From positions 1-64,000 of IMG/VR virus record IMGVR_UViG_3300002143_000235: a stretch of DNA of 64,000 bases; one strand, written 5' to 3'. Each line of letters begins with the position of its first letter. Position 1 is the first letter of the stretch. The notes below the pieces were generated by a model. That model did not search any database. It saw only the letters and a program-made list of their open reading frames with translations, and was not told where the DNA came from. A program made the translations under genes and the position numbers. Positions 39,485 through 50,412 of the stretch are shown here, piece by piece.

Positions 39485-41755
39485 TTAAATATTACCATAC
39501 TGTGGTAGTTTAACCTGCGGTGATGCATCATCAACAAGAATTGTAAGATGTGCATCATTTACAAACGATTGGTTTAATACAATATTACGTTTCCCTGTAG
39601 CAATAGGCTGATTGAACACAAATAAATTAGTAATATACCAACGTTTTAAATTACCTTGATTACTCATAGTATCATTTCCTCCTATAAACATATCACTTGT
39701 ATGTGTAAATAGATCTGGTACAATATCAAATATGCGTCCTTTTAACTTAATTAACTTAGAATCAGTATTTAGCATACCGTCTTCAGTTTGACGCTTATAT
39801 ACTACAATATCAAGCTTCTGTTTGATTTGATCCATACTGACTAAAAAACATCTCCATTCACCATTTGTCATAACATCAGCAATCGGTAATGAATACACAG
39901 ACTGATTGAATGTGAACGTAAATAAGCCATCAAACAGATTAACTTTGTAACCCTTGTTTGTGGTATAATCGTAATTACTAAAAATTGTTGTATCATGTGT
40001 CGGATCATACAATTCAGGTTTAAACCAGAACGCTATTGATCTGTTGTCGGCCTTTCCAACAACACCATCTTTGTAATTGTACTCAACAAGTTTAACACCA
40101 GGTGATTTCACCGGCATATCATAATGTTGTTTTGATATAGTAAGCGTTGCATTCCAGATATCTGTAACAATGTGTTTAACTGATGGTGCAACAGCTTTGA
40201 TATGATTCATAACTGTTGTATCTGTAATTTGTTGTGACGGATTAACAACACCAATAGAGTCTTTATCCGGTGCAATCTGTGCTCCGTATTCATCTGTATC
40301 AATATCAAAGAGTCCATCAAGTGTAGTATATTTAACAAGAGAATCTGTAATATCTTTTGCTGTTTGCCCTTGTGTTGTATTTGCATACTGACGATTTGCA
40401 TTTTGATCGTATTTTTTAAGCATAACACGGTAGTATGTCTCAGCCAGCATTAATCCACGTGATGGGAACATCTGTTCGACCTCCCACAATTGATTCATGT
40501 TACAGAAATACAAATAATCCTTTTTACTTGGTCTAAACTCTACACCAAATACACGCTTGAATGTATCCTTCATAATGTGAATTTCAAACGATTGAATAAG
40601 ATCCAGGTTAAATCCAGAAAAAGTAACGTTCTCAGTAGGAAATGCGTTGTCAGGAACAATAATTCGCATATCCTTCATTGCAATGACATTTGTCAATGTG
40701 TGAGTGTGTAAAAAATGATCAGTACCTTTCTTATCTGTATCTGTGAGAAAATACTGAACAGCCCAAGAGTTAGTTGCCTCAACATACTGATTCAATTGAT
40801 TTTGTAGATCAATTTGATTCTGAAATAACGTTGTATCATTCAACTGTTTGAACATACTTGTTGAACATGCATCACCGCAATCAGTAGTCTCATTAAGTCC
40901 TGGTGTTACAATTGCACATGATGAACAGCAAGAGCCATCAACTTTATCAGCACAACCATCAATACATGGGTCCGAAGGTGTTGGTGTTATTGGTTTTGGT
41001 AAACATTGCGATTTTAGACCATACTTTGCAGTTGTCTTGTAATTTGCAGAAATGTTTTGAAAATCACCTAATAGTTCAAGATCTTCAAGTACTACATTAC
41101 CTGTTCCATTATTTGTAAATGAGAATTGAAAGTTGGTAAACTTTAATCTCTCGAATCTACTTTTACGTAGATTATCTTCAGTTAAGAATGTCCAATCAGA
41201 CCAGTGTCGTCCTTGTGTTGCAGTATAACGATACCTGATCGTTATATCACTCTCTGATCCTGTAATAAATGCAATATTGTATCCAGTGATTGCAAAGACT
41301 TTGTACGTATCCTGATTCATGTAGACGCGTGTATCACCAGGCCCAAGGATAATACCATCAGTTGCTTCAATAAACGGTAATCGTGTTCCATTTACGGTCA
41401 TTGACACCAACTGGATAGGTTGAGCATCAGTAATTACCGTAGTAAATTTAAATTCTAACCAAACATCACTATTTGTAGGAAAACTTGGTATTTCATTAAA
41501 ATCAAGAGATAGTGGTTGCCAGTTACTATACAATTGATTATCAAAAGTCCATCTGTATTCGATGTTAAAATAATTTGTTGTACTAAGACCATTAGCAATA
41601 TAAGACCATCCAGTAAATTCATTTACATGTGCAATTCCTGGAAGGTGACGTACTATAAATGATTGTCCATCAGCTATAAAATTACCTTCTTCTATTTCGA
41701 ATGTAATTATTAATGACTGTTCTAATGTGTCGTTAATTGAAAAATGATTGATCAT
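39485..41755 (-). CDS. virion structural protein, T4 gp14 neck-like middle region plus C-terminal LamG-like domain (tentative)
   Basis: FEIHIMKDTF..PSKKDYLYF..LWEV; SIAFWFK..WRCFLV..ITNLFVFN. Confidence 0.5.
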   Translation of the reverse strand: MINHFSINDTLEQSLIITFEIEEGNFIADGQSFIVRHLPGIAHVNEFTGWSYIANGLSTTNYFNIEYRWTFDNQLYSNWQPLSLDFNEIPSFPTNSDVWLEFKFTTVITDAQPIQLVSMTVNGTRLPFIEATDGIILGPGDTRVYMNQDTYKVFAITGYNIAFITGSESDITIRYRYTATQGRHWSDWTFLTEDNLRKSRFERLKFTNFQFSFTNNGTGNVVLEDLELLGDFQNISANYKTTAKYGLKSQCLPKPITPTPSDPCIDGCADKVDGSCCSSCAIVTPGLNETTDCGDACSTSMFKQLNDTTLFQNQIDLQNQLNQYVEATNSWAVQYFLTDTDKKGTDHFLHTHTLTNVIAMKDMRIIVPDNAFPTENVTFSGFNLDLIQSFEIHIMKDTFKRVFGVEFRPSKKDYLYFCNMNQLWEVEQMFPSRGLMLAETYYRVMLKKYDQNANRQYANTTQGQTAKDITDSLVKYTTLDGLFDIDTDEYGAQIAPDKDSIGVVNPSQQITDTTVMNHIKAVAPSVKHIVTDIWNATLTISKQHYDMPVKSPGVKLVEYNYKDGVVGKADNRSIAFWFKPELYDPTHDTTIFSNYDYTTNKGYKVNLFDGLFTFTFNQSVYSLPIADVMTNGEWRCFLVSMDQIKQKLDIVVYKRQTEDGMLNTDSKLIKLKGRIFDIVPDLFTHTSDMFIGGNDTMSNQGNLKRWYITNLFVFNQPIATGKRNIVLNQSFVNDAHLTILVDDASPQVKLPQYGNI

Positions 41756-41788
41756 ATCTTATATATAAAAGAAATAGAAGATCAAGCA

Positions 41789-43150
41789 ATGACTGTATTT
41801 AGTAACAGCATCTTACCATCATCTGGTAAAGTAATCAAGGTGTATAATAGTAAATTTGTTGCTGTTAATGGTGCAAATACGCTTAATTCATTACCATTAT
41901 GTGATGTGAAGATCCCGTTTCAAAACTATCAACGATTAAATATTACAATTGCAAAAGCACAGACAGATTTTATTCTTGCTTTTAATACACTTGGTATCAA
42001 ACCGACATTTCTTGCAATCACTGTAAAATACTGTGGTACAACGTCTTCTCTTAATTACCTTAAATGGAAATTTCAAAACAGTTCTGATATAAAGCGATCA
42101 TTAACATCTATGATGGTACTTACTGCAACTACGTCAAATCCTATTGAACCAATCTTAATTGATAATCCAAATCCTGATTGTCCTGTAACACTTGAAATTC
42201 TTGTTGCAACTACATCAAATGATTATTTAGGAGATACTTCAGCATTTATTTATCTTAATGAACTTACATTTGATAAGGTTCATACATTCCAAGAAATAGC
42301 ATCTGAAATATTTGCATTTCTTAATTCAACTGAAACACTTGTAGGTACCGTTAATGTGTCTGATATTACAAATGCTTATTACGTATCAGCAAACAATCGT
42401 ATTGTACTTGATGTTGCAAGCAACAACGATATTGTACTTGATTTTATTGATGAATACAATGCACTCCAAGCTTTATCTGCTATTAGTTGGGTAATGGCAG
42501 ATCCTATAAATAGAGCTCTTCCAAAAACGGCTGATATTATTGCACCAGTAATTATTTATACTGGACAAGTAATTACTGGTGAAGCCAATGTGGATCTTCA
42601 AGATTACACTGCAACTACATATACAAAACTTGATTTTATAACACAATGTATTGCTACTGTTACAGATAACATAGATGGAGCTATTACACCGTCTGCTGCA
42701 GATATAACATTTACTTCGCAGACCACAGTTGTCAATTCTATTGTTGAATCTGGAACATATACGGTATCTATAAATATCAGCGATATTGCTGGTAATGTAA
42801 TAACCGATGAAATAATGCTTATTGTTACTGGTGTTGCATCAGATAATATTCCACCTGTTATCAATTACACAAATATTGTTACTGGTGTTACAATCACACC
42901 TATGTCGCTTGCATCAGCTGGTGGTGTGATATCAAAAAACGATATCAAAATTGCTACTATTCTTTCTGTAACGGATAATGCTGATGGGAACATTCCATTG
43001 AGTAGTGTTGCTGTATCTATTATTGATGATGGAACATTAATGGCCGTAACATCTATTACTGCTACTGGATCCTATTCAATAACATTTACTGTTCAGGATG
43101 CTGTCGGAAATATAAAATCTGAAACATTAGGATTAATAGTCAACGCATAA
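41789..43150 (+). CDS. Ig-like repeat structural protein (likely start MTVFSNS)
   Basis: DIIAPVI, VTDNIDG, DIAGNV, DNIPPVI, VTDNADG, DAVGN; ATATATAA at 41761. Confidence 0.6.
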   Translation: MTVFSNSILPSSGKVIKVYNSKFVAVNGANTLNSLPLCDVKIPFQNYQRLNITIAKAQTDFILAFNTLGIKPTFLAITVKYCGTTSSLNYLKWKFQNSSDIKRSLTSMMVLTATTSNPIEPILIDNPNPDCPVTLEILVATTSNDYLGDTSAFIYLNELTFDKVHTFQEIASEIFAFLNSTETLVGTVNVSDITNAYYVSANNRIVLDVASNNDIVLDFIDEYNALQALSAISWVMADPINRALPKTADIIAPVIIYTGQVITGEANVDLQDYTATTYTKLDFITQCIATVTDNIDGAITPSAADITFTSQTTVVNSIVESGTYTVSINISDIAGNVITDEIMLIVTGVASDNIPPVINYTNIVTGVTITPMSLASAGGVISKNDIKIATILSVTDNADGNIPLSSVAVSIIDDGTLMAVTSITATGSYSITFTVQDAVGNIKSETLGLIVNA

Positions 43151-43158
43151 GGCTATTT

Positions 43159-44826
43159 TTAAGTTCGCTGAATAGTTGTCATATTTGAGAATGTTGTCTT
43201 ATTGACAGCAATGATTTTATCAAAAAACCATTCCTTCAATTCTGTGTGGTGTACAAGAAAGATATTAATTTTTCGTTCGTGTGCAAATGCTTTCAACAAA
43301 ATTAATATGTCATCAATACCCTCTAAATCAATAGTTGTAAATACTTCATCAAGAATAAGAATATTCATATCCTTACGTTGTCTCAATATTTTGATATAGG
43401 CAAGCATAATAATCAAATTAATACGTTTTGATTCACCGGACGATAATGTCTCTGGATCGATCTCATTATTGAATTCATAAATATGTGCATCAAAATTATT
43501 ATCTAATTCAACTTTGAAATACATTCTTAAATGTTCAAGATCTTCTTTGATATATGCATTGATAGGATCTAATACAGAATTGATAAAATCACGTTTAACA
43601 CCATTCTCACCCCATATTGGAAGCAATGTATCATATACAAATTTCATCTTTTGTAACTCAAGATATTCTGATGATTTTTCTTGAAGTTTATCTTCATTTG
43701 ATTTGATATTAATTTCAAACTCATCCAGATCATCCGTTTTCTGACTTTTAAGGAGCTTTCGCTCGCTTTTGAGTGCTGATGCATCAGATAAAATAGTTTG
43801 TAGCTCCTGTGTGATTAAATTGAATTGTATTCGAAAATCTGAAAGTTCTTTCTTTGCCTCTGTAATTTTTGTTTTTACCGATTCATCAACATTTGTCAAA
43901 GCTAAAAGTTTATCTTCTAACTCAGGAATAATATCAAGTTCAGCACTTAAATCTGAATGACATGTAGGACACTTACCACTTTTATACAAAGTTATCTTTT
44001 GCTCAGTCGAACGATAATCGCGTGAGATATTACTTCTTTTTGTATCCAGCTTTGAAATTCCGTTTTGAAATTCGATAATAAGTTCATCAAGTTCTTTTTT
44101 TTGATCTTCAACTGTAATGAATTGTAATTCATAATCAGCAAGCAATTCAGCTATCTCAGCAAGACGATCATCGTTGTTTGTTTTTTTCTTTTCTGTAAGA
44201 CGAACAACTGACTCACGAAGTTCTTCAATGTTATCATGATAAATCTGTAATTCACGACTGAGCCCTGAAACATTAATGTCGTTATTCTTTTGAAGTTGTT
44301 TTAAAATTTTGTTGAGGTCATTGATCTCCTCAAGTGTAAACAATTTATCAAGGAGCATGCGTTTCTCCTCTGGTGTCATTGAAATAAAATTACGAAAATT
44401 ATTTACATTCATTGAAATAATCGATTTGAAAGTATTATAATCAAGTCCAATCTTTTCAACTATTTTTTGATCTATTTTTCCAGCTTTCGTATAGGGTATG
44501 TTATCAATAGATAAATTTGTCTTAATGGCTGATGAAGTAGATTCCATAGATCGTTTAATCTGTAACTGTTCATCTGTATCTAAAATAACACCTACTTCCA
44601 TACCAGAATTAGTACGATTTGGAAAGTTTATCTTGGGAAGTTTTTTTCCACGTTTGTTATGTTCTTCACCAAATACAGCAAGATCTAAAGCTGTTAACGC
44701 ACTCGATTTTCCTGATCCGTTTTTTCCTACTAATAATACTAATTCACCTTCATCTCCAAGTGTTATTGAATGTTTTACATTTCCGTATGATTTGTAGTTT
44801 TTCCACCACCAACTTCTAATTTTCAT
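43159..44826 (-). CDS. SbcC/Rad50/T4 gp46-like recombination ATPase (likely start MKIRSWWWKN)
   Basis: GKNGSGKSS, CPTC zinc hook, LSSGE signature, ILILDE, H switch. Confidence 0.92.
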   Translation of the reverse strand: MKIRSWWWKNYKSYGNVKHSITLGDEGELVLLVGKNGSGKSSALTALDLAVFGEEHNKRGKKLPKINFPNRTNSGMEVGVILDTDEQLQIKRSMESTSSAIKTNLSIDNIPYTKAGKIDQKIVEKIGLDYNTFKSIISMNVNNFRNFISMTPEEKRMLLDKLFTLEEINDLNKILKQLQKNNDINVSGLSRELQIYHDNIEELRESVVRLTEKKKTNNDDRLAEIAELLADYELQFITVEDQKKELDELIIEFQNGISKLDTKRSNISRDYRSTEQKITLYKSGKCPTCHSDLSAELDIIPELEDKLLALTNVDESVKTKITEAKKELSDFRIQFNLITQELQTILSDASALKSERKLLKSQKTDDLDEFEINIKSNEDKLQEKSSEYLELQKMKFVYDTLLPIWGENGVKRDFINSVLDPINAYIKEDLEHLRMYFKVELDNNFDAHIYEFNNEIDPETLSSGESKRINLIIMLAYIKILRQRKDMNILILDEVFTTIDLEGIDDILILLKAFAHERKINIFLVHHTELKEWFFDKIIAVNKTTFSNMTTIQRT

Positions 44827-45071
44827 ATAACTTTTAGTAATTCTATTAATGTGTATTTGTTGAGTATCCATGTAAGAATGATATCACAATTAAGTTCATT
44901 ATCGTCTTCATGTAGTGTAATAAATGGCGGCAGATGTTCATGAACAAACATGATACATTCACATGTACAAACATCTGTAATTATATTGAATATGAGAGCC
45001 TTACCAAGTGTAGTCTCAGTTTTTACTGCACCTAGTAGTGAAGCAAACTCAATATCTATAATATTCTCCAT
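44823..45071 (-). CDS. hypothetical protein
   Basis: 82 aa, ATGA overlap with gp46-like start. Confidence 0.55.
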   Translation of the reverse strand: MENIIDIEFASLLGAVKTETTLGKALIFNIITDVCTCECIMFVHEHLPPFITLHEDDNELNCDIILTWILNKYTLIELLKVI

Positions 45072-45117
45072 CGTGAGTTATACGTAAAATTTCAACAGTT
45101 GTTTGATATATAATTAT

Positions 45118-45471
45118 ATGAAAAAATTCATTTCCAAAATTTTAAGTAAAATCGCGGCATCATCTATTCAAGGTAATACTACATCAACACCACGTGTACA
45201 GTCATATATTATTCTAGTACCGATTCTTTTGATGTCTACTATTTTTATAGGTTTTGAAGTGAGTCATCTTATTTATTGCCTTTATTATACAAAAGACTAT
45301 GTAATATCATCTGAAATTATTATCATATTTGGAATGCTTTTATCACATCACTTAGCACTCATTTTCTCTCGTAGAAAATCACAATCTATTGAAGATATAA
45401 AAGGATCAAAAAAAGAAGAGGTCAGCAAATTGCCAACCTCTGAAATGAATAATGATAATTCAATTAATTAA
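45118..45471 (+). CDS. two-TM membrane protein, holin-like (tentative)
   Basis: two hydrophobic segments, charged tail; promoter motif at 45105. Confidence 0.45.
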   Translation: MKKFISKILSKIAASSIQGNTTSTPRVQSYIILVPILLMSTIFIGFEVSHLIYCLYYTKDYVISSEIIIIFGMLLSHHLALIFSRRKSQSIEDIKGSKKEEVSKLPTSEMNNDNSIN

Positions 45472-45950
45472 CAAATTCTATTAATTATTTTTTTTACTTG
45501 TCCACTTCGAACACATTGCCAATCTTGGACAGTCACTGTTTGAAGATTTTCAATATTTATTTTGAATAATTCATGTAATGTATCAAGATTTGTAATTCCA
45601 ATATTAAATGCTGGATCATTACTCTGGTAATTTGTAGGAACTTTTCTCAAAAATGTACGAACATTGTCAAGTAACAATTGTTTGTTCATATGTAAACGCT
45701 TTTCAAATTCAAAGCTTTTATTTTCAATAAGCTCTTTAACATACTGTTTGAATTTATAAGCAATATCATTAGTATAGATTACACCTGTTAATCCAATAAC
45801 AAATGCATCCTCCTCTTTCATAATAAATTCTTCATCCTGTTGAACTATTTCTACAATAGTTGCTTTAGGTACACCATGTAAACAGAAGTGTACGTATTTG
45901 TCCCATACAAAACGCTCGATAAGATCTGATGGTTTGATTGTAATTGTCAT
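45468..45950 (-). CDS. hypothetical protein
   Basis: 160 aa ORF. Confidence 0.6.
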   Translation of the reverse strand: MTITIKPSDLIERFVWDKYVHFCLHGVPKATIVEIVQQDEEFIMKEEDAFVIGLTGVIYTNDIAYKFKQYVKELIENKSFEFEKRLHMNKQLLLDNVRTFLRKVPTNYQSNDPAFNIGITNLDTLHELFKINIENLQTVTVQDWQCVRSGQVKKIINRIC

Positions 45951-45968
45951 ATTTTTATCTTCTTTGTT

Positions 45969-46295
45969 TTAGTATATTGAAAAGTTATTCTTCTTTAAAA
46001 TAACTCTAGCTAGTGTTTCGTATAATGTACAATATTCAATAAATAATATTTCATTTAATGCTATATGTTCCATCCACTCACCACCAATATTAAATGTTTT
46101 TAAATTTTTCTTTAATATAGCTTCAATTCTATATGCGACAGCACGATCATCTACTTCATAAAGCGCATTAATGCCTATGATATTCGGATTTGCTGTCTTC
46201 AGTTCTTTAAGACGCTTCTCTGGATGCCTAGACAATCCAACTTTCCATTGAACAAGACCCTCAATATTTGCACTTATAAGGTAAATGTTATACAT
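45969..46295 (-). CDS. GIY-YIG / T5orf172-like protein
   Basis: IYLI..WKVGLSRHPEKRLKELKTANP..GGEW. Confidence 0.75.
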   Translation of the reverse strand: MYNIYLISANIEGLVQWKVGLSRHPEKRLKELKTANPNIIGINALYEVDDRAVAYRIEAILKKNLKTFNIGGEWMEHIALNEILFIEYCTLYETLARVILKKNNFSIY

Positions 46296-46551
46296 TTGTT
46301 CTTAATTTATTTGGAGTGAAGTTACCTTGTTCATCAATAATGTTCCACATAGAATTCACCCAGCGTATATATAATCGTTGTGAAATTGTAGATTCTTCGG
46401 CTTTTCGATATCCACTACACCAGTTTTTGTACTTCATCACTAAAACATGTACTTTTGCATCATGGTATGGATTATCTGAAAAATGCACACCCTGACTGAA
46501 AGCTTGAAATCCCTCTGCCTCACCACCATGTAACTGTAAATAATAACTCAT
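46288..46551 (-). CDS. hypothetical protein
   Basis: 87 aa ORF. Confidence 0.55.
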   Translation of the reverse strand: MSYYLQLHGGEAEGFQAFSQGVHFSDNPYHDAKVHVLVMKYKNWCSGYRKAEESTISQRLYIRWVNSMWNIIDEQGNFTPNKLRTNV

Positions 46552-47153
46552 CCTTTTAATTGTGTTAGTTCAGCATAGCGTTGTTCTTTAACAGCATCCC
46601 ATTTTGCCTGCATAGAAGCCATGTAAAATTTCATATTATCGTAGAACTTAAACTGTTCATCAATAAAAGGTGATAGCTGTTTTCCAAACTCTATTCTAAG
46701 TCCCTGGAAAAGTTTAACAATACTCAAATCCTGGATGAGGTATCCCATATCAGCATCACGAATAATTTTTGCACCGACTGTCAAATTTTCTTCAGATGTA
46801 GTATAAGGGAATTCTGTAACTTTGATTAAATATTCGACCTCTTTAACATTGAACGATGCACCATTTAATATCACATATGTTCTAAGCCCAATAATAGCAT
46901 TATTAATATTTTCACTGTCTTTTAGTTTACCACCACTATGTGCATAATCATGAAATAAAGCTGCAACATAAAGTTCTAATTCATTTACTTTATGTTGTGT
47001 TTCAGACTCATTATTGTAAATCATGTTTGCTGTTTCAAATACAACAAACAAATGATCAATTCCATGATATGGTAGATTATTGGATGGATTATTTAGATTT
47101 ATGTATCTGATGATTTTTATCAATTCTGGATACCGTTCGTAAATTTGAATCAT
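46548..47153 (-). CDS. HD-domain phosphohydrolase
   Basis: PYHGIDH, ALFHDYAH, IIRDAD. Confidence 0.8.
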   Translation of the reverse strand: MIQIYERYPELIKIIRYINLNNPSNNLPYHGIDHLFVVFETANMIYNNESETQHKVNELELYVAALFHDYAHSGGKLKDSENINNAIIGLRTYVILNGASFNVKEVEYLIKVTEFPYTTSEENLTVGAKIIRDADMGYLIQDLSIVKLFQGLRIEFGKQLSPFIDEQFKFYDNMKFYMASMQAKWDAVKEQRYAELTQLKG

Positions 47154-47183
47154 GTCAATTATACGAACAATATATGAAAATGT

Positions 47184-47645
47184 TTAAGATTCTCTACGTC
47201 TTTCTCGTTCTAAGTCTTTTTCTTTTAAACTAGCTCTTTTATCGTATAATTTTTTACCTGTAACGACAGCTATCTCAAGTTTCCACTTACCATCTTGATT
47301 ATAAAAAAGTTTTGATGGAACAACTGTATGACCTTTAATTTCCAAGCGCTCACGGATTTTGTTAAGTTCTTTTTTGTTCAGTAGTAATCGTCTATTCTGC
47401 GCTTCTTTATCTGTTACATTTTTATTCTGAACCATATGATTTTTCATTGGTGTGATTTTAGAATTATGTAAAACAAAATCATTATCTATAAAAATACAAT
47501 AAGCAGCATCTAGTATACATCCATTAGTTTTTAAGGATGCAACCTCCCATCCTTCTAACATAACACCAGCAGTAAATTTATCGTGTACTGTATAAAGAAA
47601 ATTTAATTTTTTAAATGTATAACTGCGCTGTTTCATATAATTCAT
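47184..47645 (-). CDS. smpB: SsrA-binding protein SmpB
   Basis: AGVMLEGWEVASLK, RRLLLNKKEL, GHTVVPSKLFY, KLEIAVVTGKKLYDKR. Confidence 0.9.
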   Translation of the reverse strand: MNYMKQRSYTFKKLNFLYTVHDKFTAGVMLEGWEVASLKTNGCILDAAYCIFIDNDFVLHNSKITPMKNHMVQNKNVTDKEAQNRRLLLNKKELNKIRERLEIKGHTVVPSKLFYNQDGKWKLEIAVVTGKKLYDKRASLKEKDLERERRRES

Positions 47646-48477
47646 ATTTTTTTAATAATTCAACAAGTTTTGGTTGATTCAAATCAATTGAAATAACATC
47701 ATTTTTTACTGGATTTATTCCACGTGTAACAATTTTTATGAGATTTGGTTTCCACCAATCTGGAAGAAATTTAGGTTTTCCATATTTAATAAAATGTAAC
47801 TTCCAAATAACAATCATATTTTCTACACCCAAATAATTTATAACTTGTTCTATTGGATCAGGAAAAAGTATAGATTCCATTCCACGTTGTAGTTCAGCAT
47901 CAGTAAAATTCCATCTATCACGAATACCATCAATTCTCATTTGCATATAAACTTGTATCGATGGTGGAATTTGATGTTTATGATTTATTAAAGCATTTAC
48001 ATATTTAGTAATTTCTCTCCACTCTCGATACTTATCACTATTACGTCGAAAATCAAAATCAGCATAAAGAATATGTTTAAATAATGTTGCATGTTGCTCG
48101 TAATCATTATGCGCTTCACGTGTAAGCAATAATAAATCCATTGAATTTTTATCCTTGTACGCATTAGGAAACAATTTTCTAAATTGTGTAGGAACAACAT
48201 GATGTTTAGTTAAATTATTTGACTCACCTGTTATAACACAAATATTTTCTCTATTACCAAGTATTACATTTGGATCACCATATCCACGTGGTTCAAATGT
48301 CAATCCAAACGATTTAGGACCGATTTGTTCAGCTAAACCACGTTGTAAATACCAATTTGCACGTTTAGCTGAACAGAAACACATAAGTGTACCATCAGGA
48401 TGAAAAAGACTATAATTTTCATATGGTGCTGATTCAAGGCAATGCATAGAATTTGAATTTATTGTTGTTGTTTTCAT
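47611..48477 (-). CDS. HNH-like protein resembling the EXD2 C-terminal domain
   Basis: CSAKRANWYL..FEPRG..ENICVITG..LTKHHVVP..FRKLFP. Confidence 0.55.
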   Translation of the reverse strand: MKTTTINSNSMHCLESAPYENYSLFHPDGTLMCFCSAKRANWYLQRGLAEQIGPKSFGLTFEPRGYGDPNVILGNRENICVITGESNNLTKHHVVPTQFRKLFPNAYKDKNSMDLLLLTREAHNDYEQHATLFKHILYADFDFRRNSDKYREWREITKYVNALINHKHQIPPSIQVYMQMRIDGIRDRWNFTDAELQRGMESILFPDPIEQVINYLGVENMIVIWKLHFIKYGKPKFLPDWWKPNLIKIVTRGINPVKNDVISIDLNQPKLVELLKKYELYETAQLYI

Positions 48478-48538
48478 GTTTACAATTCAATATTTATTGT
48501 AAATAATTTATTATTGTATGTGTACCCGGTCGCTTTGT

Positions 48539-49093
48539 TTAAAAACGATCAATGTACTTGCGGAAGATCTTTGCAATATTAATAGCATCATCAATTCCCC
48601 TGTGTGGTGTTCCATCAAATGTTAACTTTTCAAACATGATTGCGCCACCAAGACCCATTCCTTTTTTAAGCTTATTCCACTCAGCATGAAGATGTTTCAA
48701 ACTACGATGATTATCCTCTGTGATGAAGTCCACATCCATTTTGTTCAATTTTAAATCATCACGCAATTGATTACGATCGTAATGACCCCAACTCACAAAC
48801 ATAGCATCGCCTGCCCATTCAAAGAAATCATTTAAAACCTCTTCAGCTGGTTCTGCATTGTCTACATCTGACTGTACTATTGTCGTCAGACTTGTACAGA
48901 AATTGGAGATGTGTTTGAATTTCTTTGGTTTCAGAAAGTGTGAGAACACATCGATCTGATTTCCGTCCTGGTCAAGTTTTACAGCGCCAATTTCGATGAT
49001 TTCGTTCTGAAATCCTACTGGTTTTTTTTCACTTGTATTTTCTCGATCATAGCATGTAGCTTCTAAATCGACTATCACGTATATTTTTTGCAT
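48539..49093 (-). CDS. DEDDh 3'-5' exonuclease (ERI1/KapD-like)
   Basis: VIVDLEATC, EIIEIGAV, SWGHYD, HRGIDDA. Confidence 0.9.
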   Translation of the reverse strand: MQKIYVIVDLEATCYDRENTSEKKPVGFQNEIIEIGAVKLDQDGNQIDVFSHFLKPKKFKHISNFCTSLTTIVQSDVDNAEPAEEVLNDFFEWAGDAMFVSWGHYDRNQLRDDLKLNKMDVDFITEDNHRSLKHLHAEWNKLKKGMGLGGAIMFEKLTFDGTPHRGIDDAINIAKIFRKYIDRF

Positions 49094-49230
49094 AATTCTT
49101 CGTATTTATTAAATTTTCTAGTTAAATAAGTCTCACTATCATTGTAAAGATAGCACAATATTTTAAATGCATTGTTGTTAGAGAAAGATACTATAAATGT
49201 CTTTGTTTTCATATTTTTAATTTTATAAAA

Positions 49231-49258
49231 AAACCGGAGTCTTTTAAACTCCGGTCTC
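49231..49258. terminator. intrinsic terminator
   Basis: accggagt-ctttta-aactccggt flanked by A run. Confidence 0.7.
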
Positions 49259-49274
49259 TTCGTGTTTTTATTTG

Positions 49275-49820
49275 TTATTCAAAAGCGTTCTCATAAGTAT
49301 CCACACCTGTTCGCATGGTCTCTTTCGTTTGTGCGGTAGAGGTAACTTCGTATTTCAACTCACTGTTATTTGATAGAAACATACGTGACCAGAATTTGGT
49401 ACGCAATTGATCGTGTTGATTCTTAACATCGGCTAAACGTTTCTGCACATTTGCATAGTCTTTACGTAAAGCTTCTACTCGCTGCATCAAATCGGTATAC
49501 ATTTTATCACTAAAATTTGGATTATCCTCTTTAATGAATGTCATCAAAGCACCTTCGTTTGAGTTACGACCAGTAACAACTGTTGCATACAAGTCTTTAA
49601 TTGTTCCTTCGTATGATTTTTTCAAACCTCCAAAATCTTTCATCGTGTTCTTGAACGCGTCAAACTGACCTTCACGATTTGCTAGTTCCGCTGTAAATGT
49701 TGCGCGAAGTTCTGCATCACGATCGTAAACCGATGTGTACTGTGAAAATGTTACCAATCCCATGATTGCGATAAATGCTACTATCACTAGTGCAATTGCT
49801 TTTCCTTTTGTAATTTTCAT
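49275..49820 (-). CDS. membrane-anchored coiled-coil protein (LemA-like, tentative)
   Basis: N-terminal TM segment then helical domain. Confidence 0.5.
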   Translation of the reverse strand: MKITKGKAIALVIVAFIAIMGLVTFSQYTSVYDRDAELRATFTAELANREGQFDAFKNTMKDFGGLKKSYEGTIKDLYATVVTGRNSNEGALMTFIKEDNPNFSDKMYTDLMQRVEALRKDYANVQKRLADVKNQHDQLRTKFWSRMFLSNNSELKYEVTSTAQTKETMRTGVDTYENAFE

Positions 49821-49872
49821 ATTTGTTTATTTGAATTTGTATGACACAAATATACTAAAAAAATATTACGAA

Positions 49873-50412
49873 TTACGAAATAGGAATATTTTTTTCAGTT
49901 GGCAACTGAATCGTCACACTCAGCACACCATTTGCATAGACAGAACTTTCTACTGTTGCACCAATTTCCACCGATGCTTTCAATAAAAAACTAGAATTAT
50001 CTGCAGTTAAATTATCATGATATAATGTAAGGTGTTGTTTACTATGATTAAGAATTAACTCACCCTTTGGAATACCTGGTACAAAAAATTTGATATCATA
50101 ACGATTATTTTTGACTGGTGTTGTATTGATCACAAACGGATTTGGTTGTTCTAAATTAGATTCATCACTTACTGTTACAGAACTTGATTCTGGTTTACAC
50201 ACATCTTTATCATGTAAAACATCCTTAAAAAATTTATCAATGATCTTTTCTATTTGTAATATCATGATATCATTCAAAACAGTATTGTTTGTATTTACCA
50301 TGAATTTACTTTTTACCTTATCAAGAATTGTATTCAATGACGAATTAGGTTTCTTCAATTCTTCACGAATAAAATTTGTAATTTGTTCAATTAATTTGCT
50401 ATCTATTAACAT
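49873..50412 (-). CDS. protein with C-terminal HSP20/alpha-crystallin-like domain
   Basis: YDIKFFVPGIPKGEL..SSVYANGVLSVTIQLP. Confidence 0.55.
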   Translation of the reverse strand: MLIDSKLIEQITNFIREELKKPNSSLNTILDKVKSKFMVNTNNTVLNDIMILQIEKIIDKFFKDVLHDKDVCKPESSSVTVSDESNLEQPNPFVINTTPVKNNRYDIKFFVPGIPKGELILNHSKQHLTLYHDNLTADNSSFLLKASVEIGATVESSVYANGVLSVTIQLPTEKNIPIS

